A DNA stretch of 64,000 nt, from positions 2,542-66,541 of the forward strand of contig DAIRTE010000001.1 in assembly GCA_036804025.1 (NCBI GenBank). The letters are read 5' to 3'. This DNA comes from Clostridia bacterium (lineage in GTDB: Bacteria; Bacillota; Clostridia; Christensenellales; CAG-138). The notes below the pieces were generated by a model. It was not told the origin of the DNA. It saw nothing but the letters and a program-made list of their open reading frames with translations, and did no database searches. Made by a program: the position numbers and the translations under genes. Below, piece by piece: positions 9,609 to 18,186 of this stretch; positions within the stretch are counted from its first letter, which is position 1; every line of letters begins with the position of its first letter.

Positions 9609-10058
9609 TCAGGCGTTGGTGATGTCGGAAAATACGAAGCCTTTTCGAATGATAATATCCCCCATGACGCGCGGGTCGGAGGTCTGTATGGTTGCATAGG
9701 CGTCTCTGGTGCGCTGGTAGAACTCCTTGCGGGATACTCGATTGAGGATCAGCGGGGTAGAAGAAGGGACGTTTTTGAGCACGTTCTGATAATCGTTCCA
9801 AATCTGCGGTTCTTCATAAATCCCATAATCGAGAGACATGATCGTAACCGGGAACTCTTCGTCATTGTCCAACGGGAAATATTTCAAAATCTCGGCCAAC
9901 AGCTTGTGATTTTCCTTCGTATAGGAATATACGACCTTTTTGCTCATGGCCGACGCCATATAGTTCGCATCCGCGATTACCAACTCGTCAAGATGCCCCA
10001 TACGGTAAATCACTTCATAGATTTCGGGTGTGATCAGATTCGATATCTTTATCAACAT
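9609..10058 (-). CDS. RbsD/FucU-family sugar mutarotase (pyranase)
   Basis: 149 aa. Aligns by eye with E. coli FucU along its length (LITPEIYEVIYRMGHLDELVIADANY vs [26 protein letters not shown]). Divergent from the PTS operon. Confidence 0.8.
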   Translation of the reverse strand: MLIKISNLITPEIYEVIYRMGHLDELVIADANYMASAMSKKVVYSYTKENHKLLAEILKYFPLDNDEEFPVTIMSLDYGIYEEPQIWNDYQNVLKNVPSSTPLILNRVSRKEFYQRTRDAYATIQTSDPRVMGDIIIRKGFVFSDITNA

Positions 10059-10303
10059 AATGGCATTTCCTCGAAAGACGGTTTATTTGTTCTAATAGAG
10101 AATTGTGCGAAATGATTACGGCTGTAATTATATGCCGATCCTGTTTTCTGTCAAGGCTAGCGGCAATTTGCCATCCAAAACCGGCGAGATATCTGCCAAA
10201 GTTGCATCATATTTGTGTGAAGAGAAAGGAACTATGGATCGGATGTATGGGATGTTATATTAAATATAAGTGCATGCGCGAAATAAAAACGGAGGTGGGT
10301 TTT

Positions 10304-11563
10304 GTGGAATTTTTACAGTCGGCTCTGAACTGGTATGCTGCTCTCCCCGCGGCGGTCATGATTATGATCGGCATCTTTCTCGTGGGACTCTTACTTGCTC
10401 GATTAAATCCCTTGCGGGCACTCAAAGCTTCAATTTATGTTGCGGCAGGCATCATCGGCCTGAACACGCTGGTTGGCATGTTCGCTAGCGCAATCATCCC
10501 GGTGCTGGTGAAGGTCATCAGCGCGACCGGTATGAAACTCGACGTGATTGACCTGGGGGTTGCATCCGCCCAGTCTTTTGTCATCTTCCCGCTCAAGTTT
10601 TATGCGATCCTGTTGATTGTCGGCCTTGGGGTCAACATTCTGATGATTGCATTAAAGCTGACCAAGACGTTTGACGTTGATATTTTCAACTACTATGTAT
10701 GGGCGCTGTCCTCCGCGTTTGTTTATGTTCTGACGAACAGCGTTGGTTGGGCAATCGCCGCGTTTGTTGTAACGGAGGTAGTCATCCTCAAGTTGGCGGA
10801 TCTCACACAGCCGGCAATTGCCAGAGAATACGGTTTGGAAGGCGTATCCGTTCCGCATGGCAACGCGGTCGTCTTCGCACCGGTTGGTATGCTGGTGAAC
10901 TGGATCATCGAAAAGATTCCGAAGGTAAGAGACATCAACTGGAGCCCGGAAGCGATTGAAAAGAAGTTCGGCGGCATTGTCGAACCGTCCACATTGGGCT
11001 TTGTCATGGGCATCGTCCTTGGCATCATCGCAAAGTCTTCGGCCGGTGAAGTGATTCAGCTGGGCCTGATCACGGCGGCGTTCATGATTATCTTCCCGAA
11101 GGTACTGAATATCCTGATCGAAGGCATTACGCCGGTTGCGGACGGCATGCGAGAATTTACGGAGAAAAAACTGCACAGACAGCTTCACATCGGTCTGGAT
11201 GCTGCGATTCTGGTTGGCATGCCGGACGTCATGGCGACCGGTATTCTCCTTGTGCCCGTTATCCTGCTTCTTGCGTTCATTCTCCCCGGAAACCGGGTAC
11301 TGCCGATGGCCGACCTAGCGATTGCGGCGCCCTTCCTGGTGAGCTGCGCGATGCCCTACTGTAAAAAGAACATCTTCAGAGGGTTTATCAGCGGCATCAT
11401 CATCTTTATCATTGCGCTCTATATGTGCACCGGTACTGCCGCGCTGTATACGCAAGCGGCGGCGTTGAATGGCGTTCCGTTTGAATCGACGTCTACCTCG
11501 CTGGGCATCTGCTCGACGCCGGTCAGCTGGATCATCGCCAAGATTACAGCACTGTTTTCGTAA
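10304..11563 (+). CDS. PTS galactitol-family EIIC permease
   Basis: Collinear by eye with E. coli GatC (VDIFNYYVW, VSVPHGNAVVFAPVGMLVNWIIEKIPKV, GIVEPSTLGFVMGIVLGIIA). Start set at GTG 10304, 8 nt after ggagg (10291-10295). The ORF is open from 10103. Confidence 0.9.
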   Translation: MEFLQSALNWYAALPAAVMIMIGIFLVGLLLARLNPLRALKASIYVAAGIIGLNTLVGMFASAIIPVLVKVISATGMKLDVIDLGVASAQSFVIFPLKFYAILLIVGLGVNILMIALKLTKTFDVDIFNYYVWALSSAFVYVLTNSVGWAIAAFVVTEVVILKLADLTQPAIAREYGLEGVSVPHGNAVVFAPVGMLVNWIIEKIPKVRDINWSPEAIEKKFGGIVEPSTLGFVMGIVLGIIAKSSAGEVIQLGLITAAFMIIFPKVLNILIEGITPVADGMREFTEKKLHRQLHIGLDAAILVGMPDVMATGILLVPVILLLAFILPGNRVLPMADLAIAAPFLVSCAMPYCKKNIFRGFISGIIIFIIALYMCTGTAALYTQAAALNGVPFESTSTSLGICSTPVSWIIAKITALFS

Positions 11564-11584
11564 GAACCAAACGATCCATGATCT

Positions 11585-11621
11585 CGCCAGTACAGCCGCA
11601 AGTTCTGTGGCTGTACTGGCG
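11585..11621 (+). promoter_or_regulatory. intercistronic RNA stem-loop between EIIC and EIIB
   Basis: Perfect 13-bp inverted repeat cgccagtacagcc / ggctgtactggcg with an 11-nt loop. No U-tract follows. Confidence 0.5.
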
Positions 11622-11638
11622 AATAGAAAGGTGAACAT

Positions 11639-11926
11639 ATGGACAAAAAGAGAATCATCGTTGCTTGCGGCACTGGCGGTGTAACGTCAAAAAACGTGGC
11701 GATGAAGATTGAGAAGTTTCTCAAAGAGAAGAACGTGGACTGCTTTATTGATACGTGCAAAGTGGTTGAAGTACGCGAAAAGGCGAAGCTTCTCAAGCCG
11801 GATCTGGTCGTATCCCCCACGCAATTGCCGGAAGTTGGAGTGCCGAAAGTGGTTGCAACCGCGCTGCTGACGGGCGTTGGGGCGGATAAAGTTTACAACG
11901 AAATATACGACATCCTCATGAAATGA
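11639..11926 (+). CDS. PTS EIIB component (galactitol/lactose-type PTS_IIB)
   Basis: 95 aa. MDKKRIIVACGTGGVTS carries the phospho-Cys at residue 10, as in GatB. Confidence 0.9.
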   Translation: MDKKRIIVACGTGGVTSKNVAMKIEKFLKEKNVDCFIDTCKVVEVREKAKLLKPDLVVSPTQLPEVGVPKVVATALLTGVGADKVYNEIYDILMK

Positions 11927-11945
11927 GGGAGGTAGGAGAAGAAGC

Positions 11946-12977
11946 GTGTTGATTGAGTGTGATAGCAGATTGTGGTTTGGGAAATACGGCGGATGCTTTA
12001 TTGCCGATGCGTTTACGCTGGGCTGTGACCGATATTATGATGAATACCGCAAAGCGGTTGCGGACCCTGAGTTCATTCGGGTGTATGAACAGCTCAAGAA
12101 ACAGTTTGTCGATGATTCCTTTCGGTTTGTTGCAACAGAGAAAGGAAATCTGACACTCTGTTTTGCACCGGAGAACGTATACTCCATATTGGGAACGGCG
12201 CTACTGGTAAAAAAGCTGAACAAGAAGAAAGCGGTGTCCGGTGTTCGTTATGCCGATGAGGCGATTTGCTGCGCGCGCGTTTGTGCCGAGCTGGGCGTAC
12301 CCCTCAAGCTGTATCTGGCGCACGATATTGCCGGGATCTCTTCTTTGCGCACAAGGCTTGCCTCGCTTGGCGCGGAGTATGACGCCGAAATCTGCGGCGA
12401 GCTGTTTAATCTGCCCGAAATGTATGCGTTCCAGGAGTGGGTTGCATCGCCGGACGAACTCGGAATCATCAACTGCAGAAGCAATGTTGGCGCATTTCCG
12501 CAGGTCAACATCGCTACCGATTTTTCAAAAGAATACGGGGAGAAGTTCCGTGAGTCTTTGGAAAAAGAATGCGCCGACGGATACAACCGAATCGTAGTGC
12601 CGAGCATCAGCGGTTCGCTCGCGTTGGCGGTATGGAAAGCGTTTGAAGATTCCGCTGTGCGCCTGATCAGCGTGGAGTGCGATCCAGTCGATGATTTAAC
12701 CGAGGAGCTGGACAGCTACTGTGGAACGTTTACGAAGGTCATGCGCAATCGTTTTGTCGACCGGGTACCGGCCCCGGAATGGATGGCCGTGGTGGAGGAA
12801 GGCAAGGCTGAGCGGGTGATCGTCGGCTTCGATCAGGCAACTAAGACGGCCGATCCTCGCGCCATAGCCGAAACCGTTTCCCTGCAAAGTCTGGCGGCGC
12901 TTTGCCACAGTGAATCCCTGAAGAACGAGAAGGTAATCTGCGTTGTCAGGGGCATGCGGTGGGGTGTGGAGCTATGA
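11946..12977 (+). CDS. tryptophan synthase beta (TrpB)-like protein, degenerate; PLP-lysine block and GGGSN loop not conserved
   Basis: 343 aa, GTG start 7 nt after aggag. The TrpB N-terminal signature WFGKYGGCFIADAF...DPEF and later collinear blocks are present. HTGAHK, ETGAGQHG and GGGSN are replaced. Confidence 0.7.
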   Translation: MLIECDSRLWFGKYGGCFIADAFTLGCDRYYDEYRKAVADPEFIRVYEQLKKQFVDDSFRFVATEKGNLTLCFAPENVYSILGTALLVKKLNKKKAVSGVRYADEAICCARVCAELGVPLKLYLAHDIAGISSLRTRLASLGAEYDAEICGELFNLPEMYAFQEWVASPDELGIINCRSNVGAFPQVNIATDFSKEYGEKFRESLEKECADGYNRIVVPSISGSLALAVWKAFEDSAVRLISVECDPVDDLTEELDSYCGTFTKVMRNRFVDRVPAPEWMAVVEEGKAERVIVGFDQATKTADPRAIAETVSLQSLAALCHSESLKNEKVICVVRGMRWGVEL

Positions 12978-13840
12978 CGGACAGAATTACAGATACCATT
13001 CGAAGAGCCCAGGCGAACGGGCGCGTGGCTTTCATCGGACTGGTGCCGATTGAACCGGACAGCATGGCGCATTCGCTTCGAATTGCCGACGCGATGGTTC
13101 AATCGGGCGTCGACATTCTGATGGCGCACATCCCAAACTGGATTCCCTGGATGGAGGGCAAGGCGCTTCAGCGAGCGGCGCAGGAACCAAGAAACGCCGG
13201 TATTTCGCGAGAGCAGATTTTCGATTTTATTAAGGCGCTGCGTAACCAACATCCGCAAGTGCCGATTATCAACATGACGCTCTACGACACGGCGCTTACC
13301 ATGGGCCAGGATACGTTTTTCCGGCTCTCGGAGGAAGCGGATGTAGATGGTTTCGATATCCCGAACTATCCGCTGGTCAGTACCGAAGATAAATTCGGCT
13401 TTTATGAACAGTGCCTCAAGCAAGGCAGACACCTGATTCTCGCCATTTCTTATGAGATTGCTACGGCAAAGGAGGGTACACAGGAGTATCAAATGCTCCT
13501 TGAGATGGCTAAGAGAGCGAGAGGCTTTGCGTTTATCATGAACGCGCCGGGCGGAAAGTCCGGGTCGGATGTGAAGCTGTCGAATGAGGAACTGCGTTCC
13601 GCCGTGCAGCGCGTAAAATCGGTGATGAAGGCACAGGGGAATGACTGCTATACCTCTATTGTGTGCGGGATTTCCGGAAAAGAAGACTTAATAAAAGTGA
13701 AGCATTCCGGGGCGGAGAGCTTCATGATCGGCAGCGCATATATTCAAATGCTGCAGGACGGAAAATCACTGGAAGAGGTTTCAAGCTATCTGCAAGGAAT
13801 CCGAAACATGTGCAATCTTGACTGCGAGGTGTCCGGATGA
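12974..13840 (+). CDS. tryptophan synthase alpha (TrpA)-like TIM-barrel protein, paralogue 1 (catalytic Glu/Asp positions substituted)
   Basis: Full-length collinearity with TrpA (AFIGLVP.., DILMAHIPNWIPWMEGK, VPIINMTLY, VDGFDIPNYP, VCGIS, IGSAYI). ATGA overlap with the TrpB-like gene. Confidence 0.75.
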   Translation: MTDRITDTIRRAQANGRVAFIGLVPIEPDSMAHSLRIADAMVQSGVDILMAHIPNWIPWMEGKALQRAAQEPRNAGISREQIFDFIKALRNQHPQVPIINMTLYDTALTMGQDTFFRLSEEADVDGFDIPNYPLVSTEDKFGFYEQCLKQGRHLILAISYEIATAKEGTQEYQMLLEMAKRARGFAFIMNAPGGKSGSDVKLSNEELRSAVQRVKSVMKAQGNDCYTSIVCGISGKEDLIKVKHSGAESFMIGSAYIQMLQDGKSLEEVSSYLQGIRNMCNLDCEVSG

Positions 13841-14682
13841 ACGCGGTTGAGCAAAAATTTCTGGACTATGAGGCGAAGAACAAAGGCGCCATCATCGTAG
13901 AAATCCCGCTTCTAGCGCCCATTCCGCAGACGCAGCTGGACGTAGCGGAGGTTCTGGTAAAAGCCGGAGTCGACGTGATTCAGGTGCCGATTCCGGTGCG
14001 ATTTCCCTGGATGTACGGCGCGCGGATACAGACCATCCAGAAGATGGCGGCGCAGAACGATGTTTGCTATCGCCAGTCATTCCAGGTGCTTTCCATGTTG
14101 ATCGAGAAGTACAAGCAAACCGAGTTCATGCCGGTTGGATTCTACGGCGGACTGCAGCGCATGGGTCAGGAAAACTACGTGGAGCAATGCGCCCGATTGG
14201 GAATCAAGATGGTGGACGTGCCGGATTACCCGATTGTTCATGACGATGACCCGCAAGGACTGTTGAAAGCGCTTCAGGGCAAAGGCATATCGTTTGTTAC
14301 GGTCATCAGTACAGAGATGGCACTGGAACCGGAAGGAAGCCGCGGGTATCAACAGCTGGAGCGGTTGATCGCAGTATCGAGCGGATTCTGCTTTTTGCTG
14401 GCCGCGGCCGGTGGAAAAACCGGAGAAAAGAAAGCCTTTGATTATGGCACGCTGGCCAAAGCGAAGGCAAGGATACTAGAAGTTCAGAGTAAGGTGAATA
14501 GACGCTGCCCCATCGTCGCTGTTTGCGGCATATCGGAACCGGAGCAGGTTCGAATACTGGTGAAGGACATTGGCCTGCACGTCATGTTTGGCAGCGCGCT
14601 CTTCACCCGCATGATGCGGGGCGACAGCAGCGAAGAAATCTATCGATTCCTATTGGAAATGAAACAGGCTGCAAGCGAATAA
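13837..14682 (+). CDS. tryptophan synthase alpha (TrpA)-like TIM-barrel protein, paralogue 2 (catalytic Glu/Asp positions substituted)
   Basis: 281 aa. DVIQVPIPVRFPWMYGA, MVDVPDYP, AVCGIS and FGSALF are collinear with TrpA and with paralogue 1. ATGA overlap with paralogue 1. Confidence 0.75.
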   Translation: MNAVEQKFLDYEAKNKGAIIVEIPLLAPIPQTQLDVAEVLVKAGVDVIQVPIPVRFPWMYGARIQTIQKMAAQNDVCYRQSFQVLSMLIEKYKQTEFMPVGFYGGLQRMGQENYVEQCARLGIKMVDVPDYPIVHDDDPQGLLKALQGKGISFVTVISTEMALEPEGSRGYQQLERLIAVSSGFCFLLAAAGGKTGEKKAFDYGTLAKAKARILEVQSKVNRRCPIVAVCGISEPEQVRILVKDIGLHVMFGSALFTRMMRGDSSEEIYRFLLEMKQAASE

Positions 14683-14703
14683 TGCAAGTAAAAGGGAAAC
14701 AAC

Positions 14704-15180
14704 ATGGCTGGAGAGATTAAGATACTGGAATCGTGCATCGATTTAAACCTTGCCGCAGACACCAAGGAAGGCGTTATTACGAGCCTTGCCGGTAGGCTTG
14801 CGGAACAGGGCTTTGTTGATTCGAAATATGTTGATAAGGTTGTGCAGCGGGAGCAGGAGTATCCGACGGGGTTGATTTTCCCTGGAATTCAGATTGCTTT
14901 GCCGCACGGCAGCTCGGAACATGTGAAGACGTCTGCAATAGCGGTAGGACGATGTGTGAAGAAACCGGAATTTGCAAACATGGAAGACTTTTCACAAAAA
15001 ATCAAAGTGGATATGGTTGTTGTACTTGCGATAAAGGACCCGGACAGACACCTGATCATTCTAAATAATCTGATTGAGCTGTTCACCTCGAATGAAAACT
15101 GTAAGGTTCTTTTGGGATGCGACTCGAGCGCAGAAGTCTGCCGACTGTTTCGAAATTGCCTTTATCAGATGAACGAATAG
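14704..15180 (+). CDS. PTS EIIA component (PTS_EIIA_2, GatA/mannitol-fructose type)
   Basis: 158 aa. REQEYPTG and IALPHG (phospho-His) match GatA REAEFPTG and IAIPHC. Confidence 0.9.
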   Translation: MAGEIKILESCIDLNLAADTKEGVITSLAGRLAEQGFVDSKYVDKVVQREQEYPTGLIFPGIQIALPHGSSEHVKTSAIAVGRCVKKPEFANMEDFSQKIKVDMVVVLAIKDPDRHLIILNNLIELFTSNENCKVLLGCDSSAEVCRLFRNCLYQMNE

Positions 15181-15193
15181 AAGGAGAGAACAA

Positions 15194-15976
15194 ATGGCTG
15201 TGAATAGAATGGAACGAATACTCGGGGAAATGAAGCAGGCGGGCGAAAAGATATTGGTCGCCTATTATCCGCTATGCGATCCCCTGTTGGACGACCCGGT
15301 TGCATGGGCGGGCAAGTACTTTGAAAATGGTGCAACCGTTCTGGAGATGGGACTGCCATATGAGAATCCTTGCTTGGACGGAAAAATCGTTCGGGAATCG
15401 ATGGAACGCGCGCTGACGAAGCATACGGTTGACGATGCGTTCGACGTGATTGCGGAGCTTCGCCAAGCATATCCCAACAATATTCTGCAGGTGATGACCT
15501 ATTTCGAGATTATTGATAAAATGGGGATAGAGAATTTCGCAAAACGCTGCGCGGAGTGCGGCGCGGACGGCGTACTGACCCCCAACATCCCCCAATCTCG
15601 CGTAGCGGAGCTGGATCGGGCGCTTGGAGCTTATCATCTGCTGCAACTGCGCTTTGCCCCCTTCCATTTGAGCGGGGATGCCATAAACGACCTGAAGGCG
15701 AATGCCAAGGGGTATATCTTCCTGCAGGCGGTTGACGGCGCAACCGGGCCGCAGGAGAAGACCTCGCCGCAGGTTGGCGAAAATGTAAAAACGCTGAAGC
15801 AAAGCGGCATAGGCACCCCGGTCGTCGCCGGATTTGGCATTTCCAATGCGCAGCACGTACGAGAAATGAAGGCGATGGGCGCGGACGGCGTGATTGTTGG
15901 AAGCAAAATTATTTCGGAAATTCAGAACGGAAATGGCGAGGAGTTCATTCGACAGCTAAGGAGCGCATTGCAGTAA
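15194..15976 (+). CDS. tryptophan synthase alpha (TrpA)-like TIM-barrel protein, paralogue 3 (catalytic Glu/Asp retained)
   Basis: 260 aa. VLEMGLPYENPCLDGK matches TrpA ALELGxPFSDPLADGP. Also GADGVLTPNIP, GFGISNAQHV and VIVGSKII. RBS gaaggag. Confidence 0.8.
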   Translation: MAVNRMERILGEMKQAGEKILVAYYPLCDPLLDDPVAWAGKYFENGATVLEMGLPYENPCLDGKIVRESMERALTKHTVDDAFDVIAELRQAYPNNILQVMTYFEIIDKMGIENFAKRCAECGADGVLTPNIPQSRVAELDRALGAYHLLQLRFAPFHLSGDAINDLKANAKGYIFLQAVDGATGPQEKTSPQVGENVKTLKQSGIGTPVVAGFGISNAQHVREMKAMGADGVIVGSKIISEIQNGNGEEFIRQLRSALQ

Positions 15977-15990
15977 ACAAAAGGAGTAAT

Positions 15991-18162
15991 ATGGTCACCA
16001 TTACTCAACGTTGCCTGAACATGCTAAGACTCATCTGCAACAAACAAGGTCCAATCACGGCAAAACAAATTGCGAGCAATCTTGGAATCAGCGAAAGAAC
16101 TGCGCGATACGATCTTTCGCTCCTCCATGATTGGCTTGCGGAAAAAAACGTAACGTTGATGAGCGTTCCGAAAAAAGGCAGCTATTTCGAGGAAGACGAG
16201 AAAGCACGCGCACGGTTGCTACTCACGCAGTACAGCACGACGTATCAACCCTACGGGCTGTACCTGAATGTGGACGAGCGAGTCAACCGAATTATTCTTC
16301 AAATTCTGCACGGGCAGGAAGATAAAGCCATTGACGATCTTTCGGAGGAGCTCGGCATCAGTCGGGCAACGTTCGTTCGAGACATGGAGAAAGCGGAGAA
16401 CTGGTTTGAGCTGCATCAGGTGACCCTGCAGCGTGGGCAGAAGAAAGGCGTCCATCTGGACGTCGACGAGATTACCCGTCGCAGCCTAATGGTGGTGTTT
16501 CTCATCGAAAACACGAGCATCCATTCCTTTCTGGATTCTTACTGGGTGCGCGACTCTGGCGAGAATAAACCGGCTCAGCCATACTGCGCGTTTTCCGCCG
16601 TGCAACAGCTTCAGCAGTCGGTGAATTTTGACCGATTGTATCAGATCTTGGATGAATATCTGTCCAACATTCAGATCGTAGTATCGGACAATACGGTCAC
16701 TTGGCTTATCTATTATGTAGCGGTGATGGCGGCGCGAATAAAGGAAGGAAAGCACATCGAAACCCTTCCGAATCAATACGATCAGTTCGTTAATACGGAT
16801 GCATATGCAAAGATCAGAGAGGTATTGAAAGAGCAATTCTTTGGAAATATCGATGAAGCGCAATTGAGCAACGAAGCGTGCTTCATCGTCGGTCGGTTGT
16901 TTGCCGCCGCGACGAACATGAAGGACACCATCAACGAAGAGAACAGCGAGATCGCAAATCGCGTTTACCTATTCATTCTAAACAAAATCCGCCAGCACAT
17001 TGGTTATGATATGCGGGGCAGCGCGGAGCTGGCGGACGGTTTGAAGACGCATTTGCAGGCTTCTCTGGTGCGGGCGCAGCTGAACATTACGACGAGCAAC
17101 GCCATGCTCGACGAGATCAAGCGCAAATTCTCGGATCTGTTTGAAACATGCAGCTTTATTGCGGACGAAGTCAACGAGACATTTGACCTGCATTTTGATG
17201 AGAACGAAGTTGGATTCATTGTGTTATACATCGTGGCGGCTATGGAGCAAATGCACAAAACGGTCTTGAAACCAACAATGGTGCGCGCCGTGCTGGTCTG
17301 TGGATATGGGTTGGGTACCGTGTCGCTGCTGATGAATTCGCTGGAGAAGCACTTTCCGAGCATTGAGATCGTGGATAAACTGTCGATTTTTACGTTGAAC
17401 CGGTATGATTTTTCGGATGTGGACGTGGTGCTCTCAACAGTTGATATTCCGCTGACACTGCTTAAGCCAACCATCAAAGTGAGCCCGATTCTCACGAAGC
17501 TCGACGAGCGAAAGATCGATTCCTTTTTAAGAAATGGTCGAATGACGGCGAAAAACAATCTGCAGGATGTTCAAATGACGGAGTTGCTGAATATCATTGG
17601 CAACAACTGCGAGATTCGAAACAACAAGAAACTGCTGGAAGATCTGGATCGCATGCTGCGCACGTTTGCCGACGTACCCCAAACGCTCACAAGCCTGCCT
17701 GCGCTGCCGGATGTTTTGCTGAAGAAATATATCGTCGCCCAGATCGAAGCGGATACCTGGGAAGAGGCGGTTCTGAAGGCGGCCCAACCCTTGCTGGAGA
17801 ACGGCTGCATCACCATGGAGTATATCGACCAGATCTTCGGAATGAAGAATCGATTCGGGCAGTATTCCATCATTGCGCCCGGCGTGTGCATGCCGCATGC
17901 GACGCCAGGCGAGAGCGGAAAGCTGGCCATGTCGCTGGCTACACTGAAAAGGCCGGTTCGAGTTGTCGTGGAAGGCGAAGCGGTCGACATCCATGTATTT
18001 ATGGTGCTCTCGCTCGTGGATTCCATTTCGCACGCCAAAGCACTGGACGAGGTATTTCTGTTGCTGGACGAGTTCCCGAGCCTGGTGGATGAGCTAAAGT
18101 CGGCAACCAAATCGACGGATATTTCCAACGTGTTTAAAACGTACTACAACAAGCTTTTTTGA
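15991..18162 (+). CDS. PRD-domain transcriptional activator of the MtlR/LicR/ManR type (HTH-HTH-PRD-PRD-EIIB(Gat)-like-EIIA(Mtl)-like)
   Basis: 723 aa. N-terminal HTH (ITAKQIASNLGISERTARYDL) and a second wHTH, then a central helical PRD region. An EIIB-like block (VLVCGYGLGT) and a C-terminal EIIA-like block (CMPHATPGE) follow. No AAA+/sigma-54 module. Confidence 0.85.
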   Translation: MVTITQRCLNMLRLICNKQGPITAKQIASNLGISERTARYDLSLLHDWLAEKNVTLMSVPKKGSYFEEDEKARARLLLTQYSTTYQPYGLYLNVDERVNRIILQILHGQEDKAIDDLSEELGISRATFVRDMEKAENWFELHQVTLQRGQKKGVHLDVDEITRRSLMVVFLIENTSIHSFLDSYWVRDSGENKPAQPYCAFSAVQQLQQSVNFDRLYQILDEYLSNIQIVVSDNTVTWLIYYVAVMAARIKEGKHIETLPNQYDQFVNTDAYAKIREVLKEQFFGNIDEAQLSNEACFIVGRLFAAATNMKDTINEENSEIANRVYLFILNKIRQHIGYDMRGSAELADGLKTHLQASLVRAQLNITTSNAMLDEIKRKFSDLFETCSFIADEVNETFDLHFDENEVGFIVLYIVAAMEQMHKTVLKPTMVRAVLVCGYGLGTVSLLMNSLEKHFPSIEIVDKLSIFTLNRYDFSDVDVVLSTVDIPLTLLKPTIKVSPILTKLDERKIDSFLRNGRMTAKNNLQDVQMTELLNIIGNNCEIRNNKKLLEDLDRMLRTFADVPQTLTSLPALPDVLLKKYIVAQIEADTWEEAVLKAAQPLLENGCITMEYIDQIFGMKNRFGQYSIIAPGVCMPHATPGESGKLAMSLATLKRPVRVVVEGEAVDIHVFMVLSLVDSISHAKALDEVFLLLDEFPSLVDELKSATKSTDISNVFKTYYNKLF

Positions 18163-18186
18163 AAAAACTTTATAAGGAGAACAACG

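Noticed and set aside
9486-10115. 209-aa plus-strand ORF opposite the RbsD/FucU gene. Also the 253-aa ORF 20983..21744 opposite the methyltransferase.
   Set aside because: Neither has a motif or an RBS. The opposite-strand ORFs match known families along their full length.
10059-10303. Looked for a sigma-54 -24/-12 promoter (TGGCAC-N5-TTGCA) and a cre box upstream of the PTS operon.
   Set aside because: The nearest strings (ctgccaaagttgcat, cggcaatttgcc) have the wrong GG-to-GC spacing. The regulator also lacks an AAA+ sigma-54 activation domain. I recognised no convincing cre palindrome.
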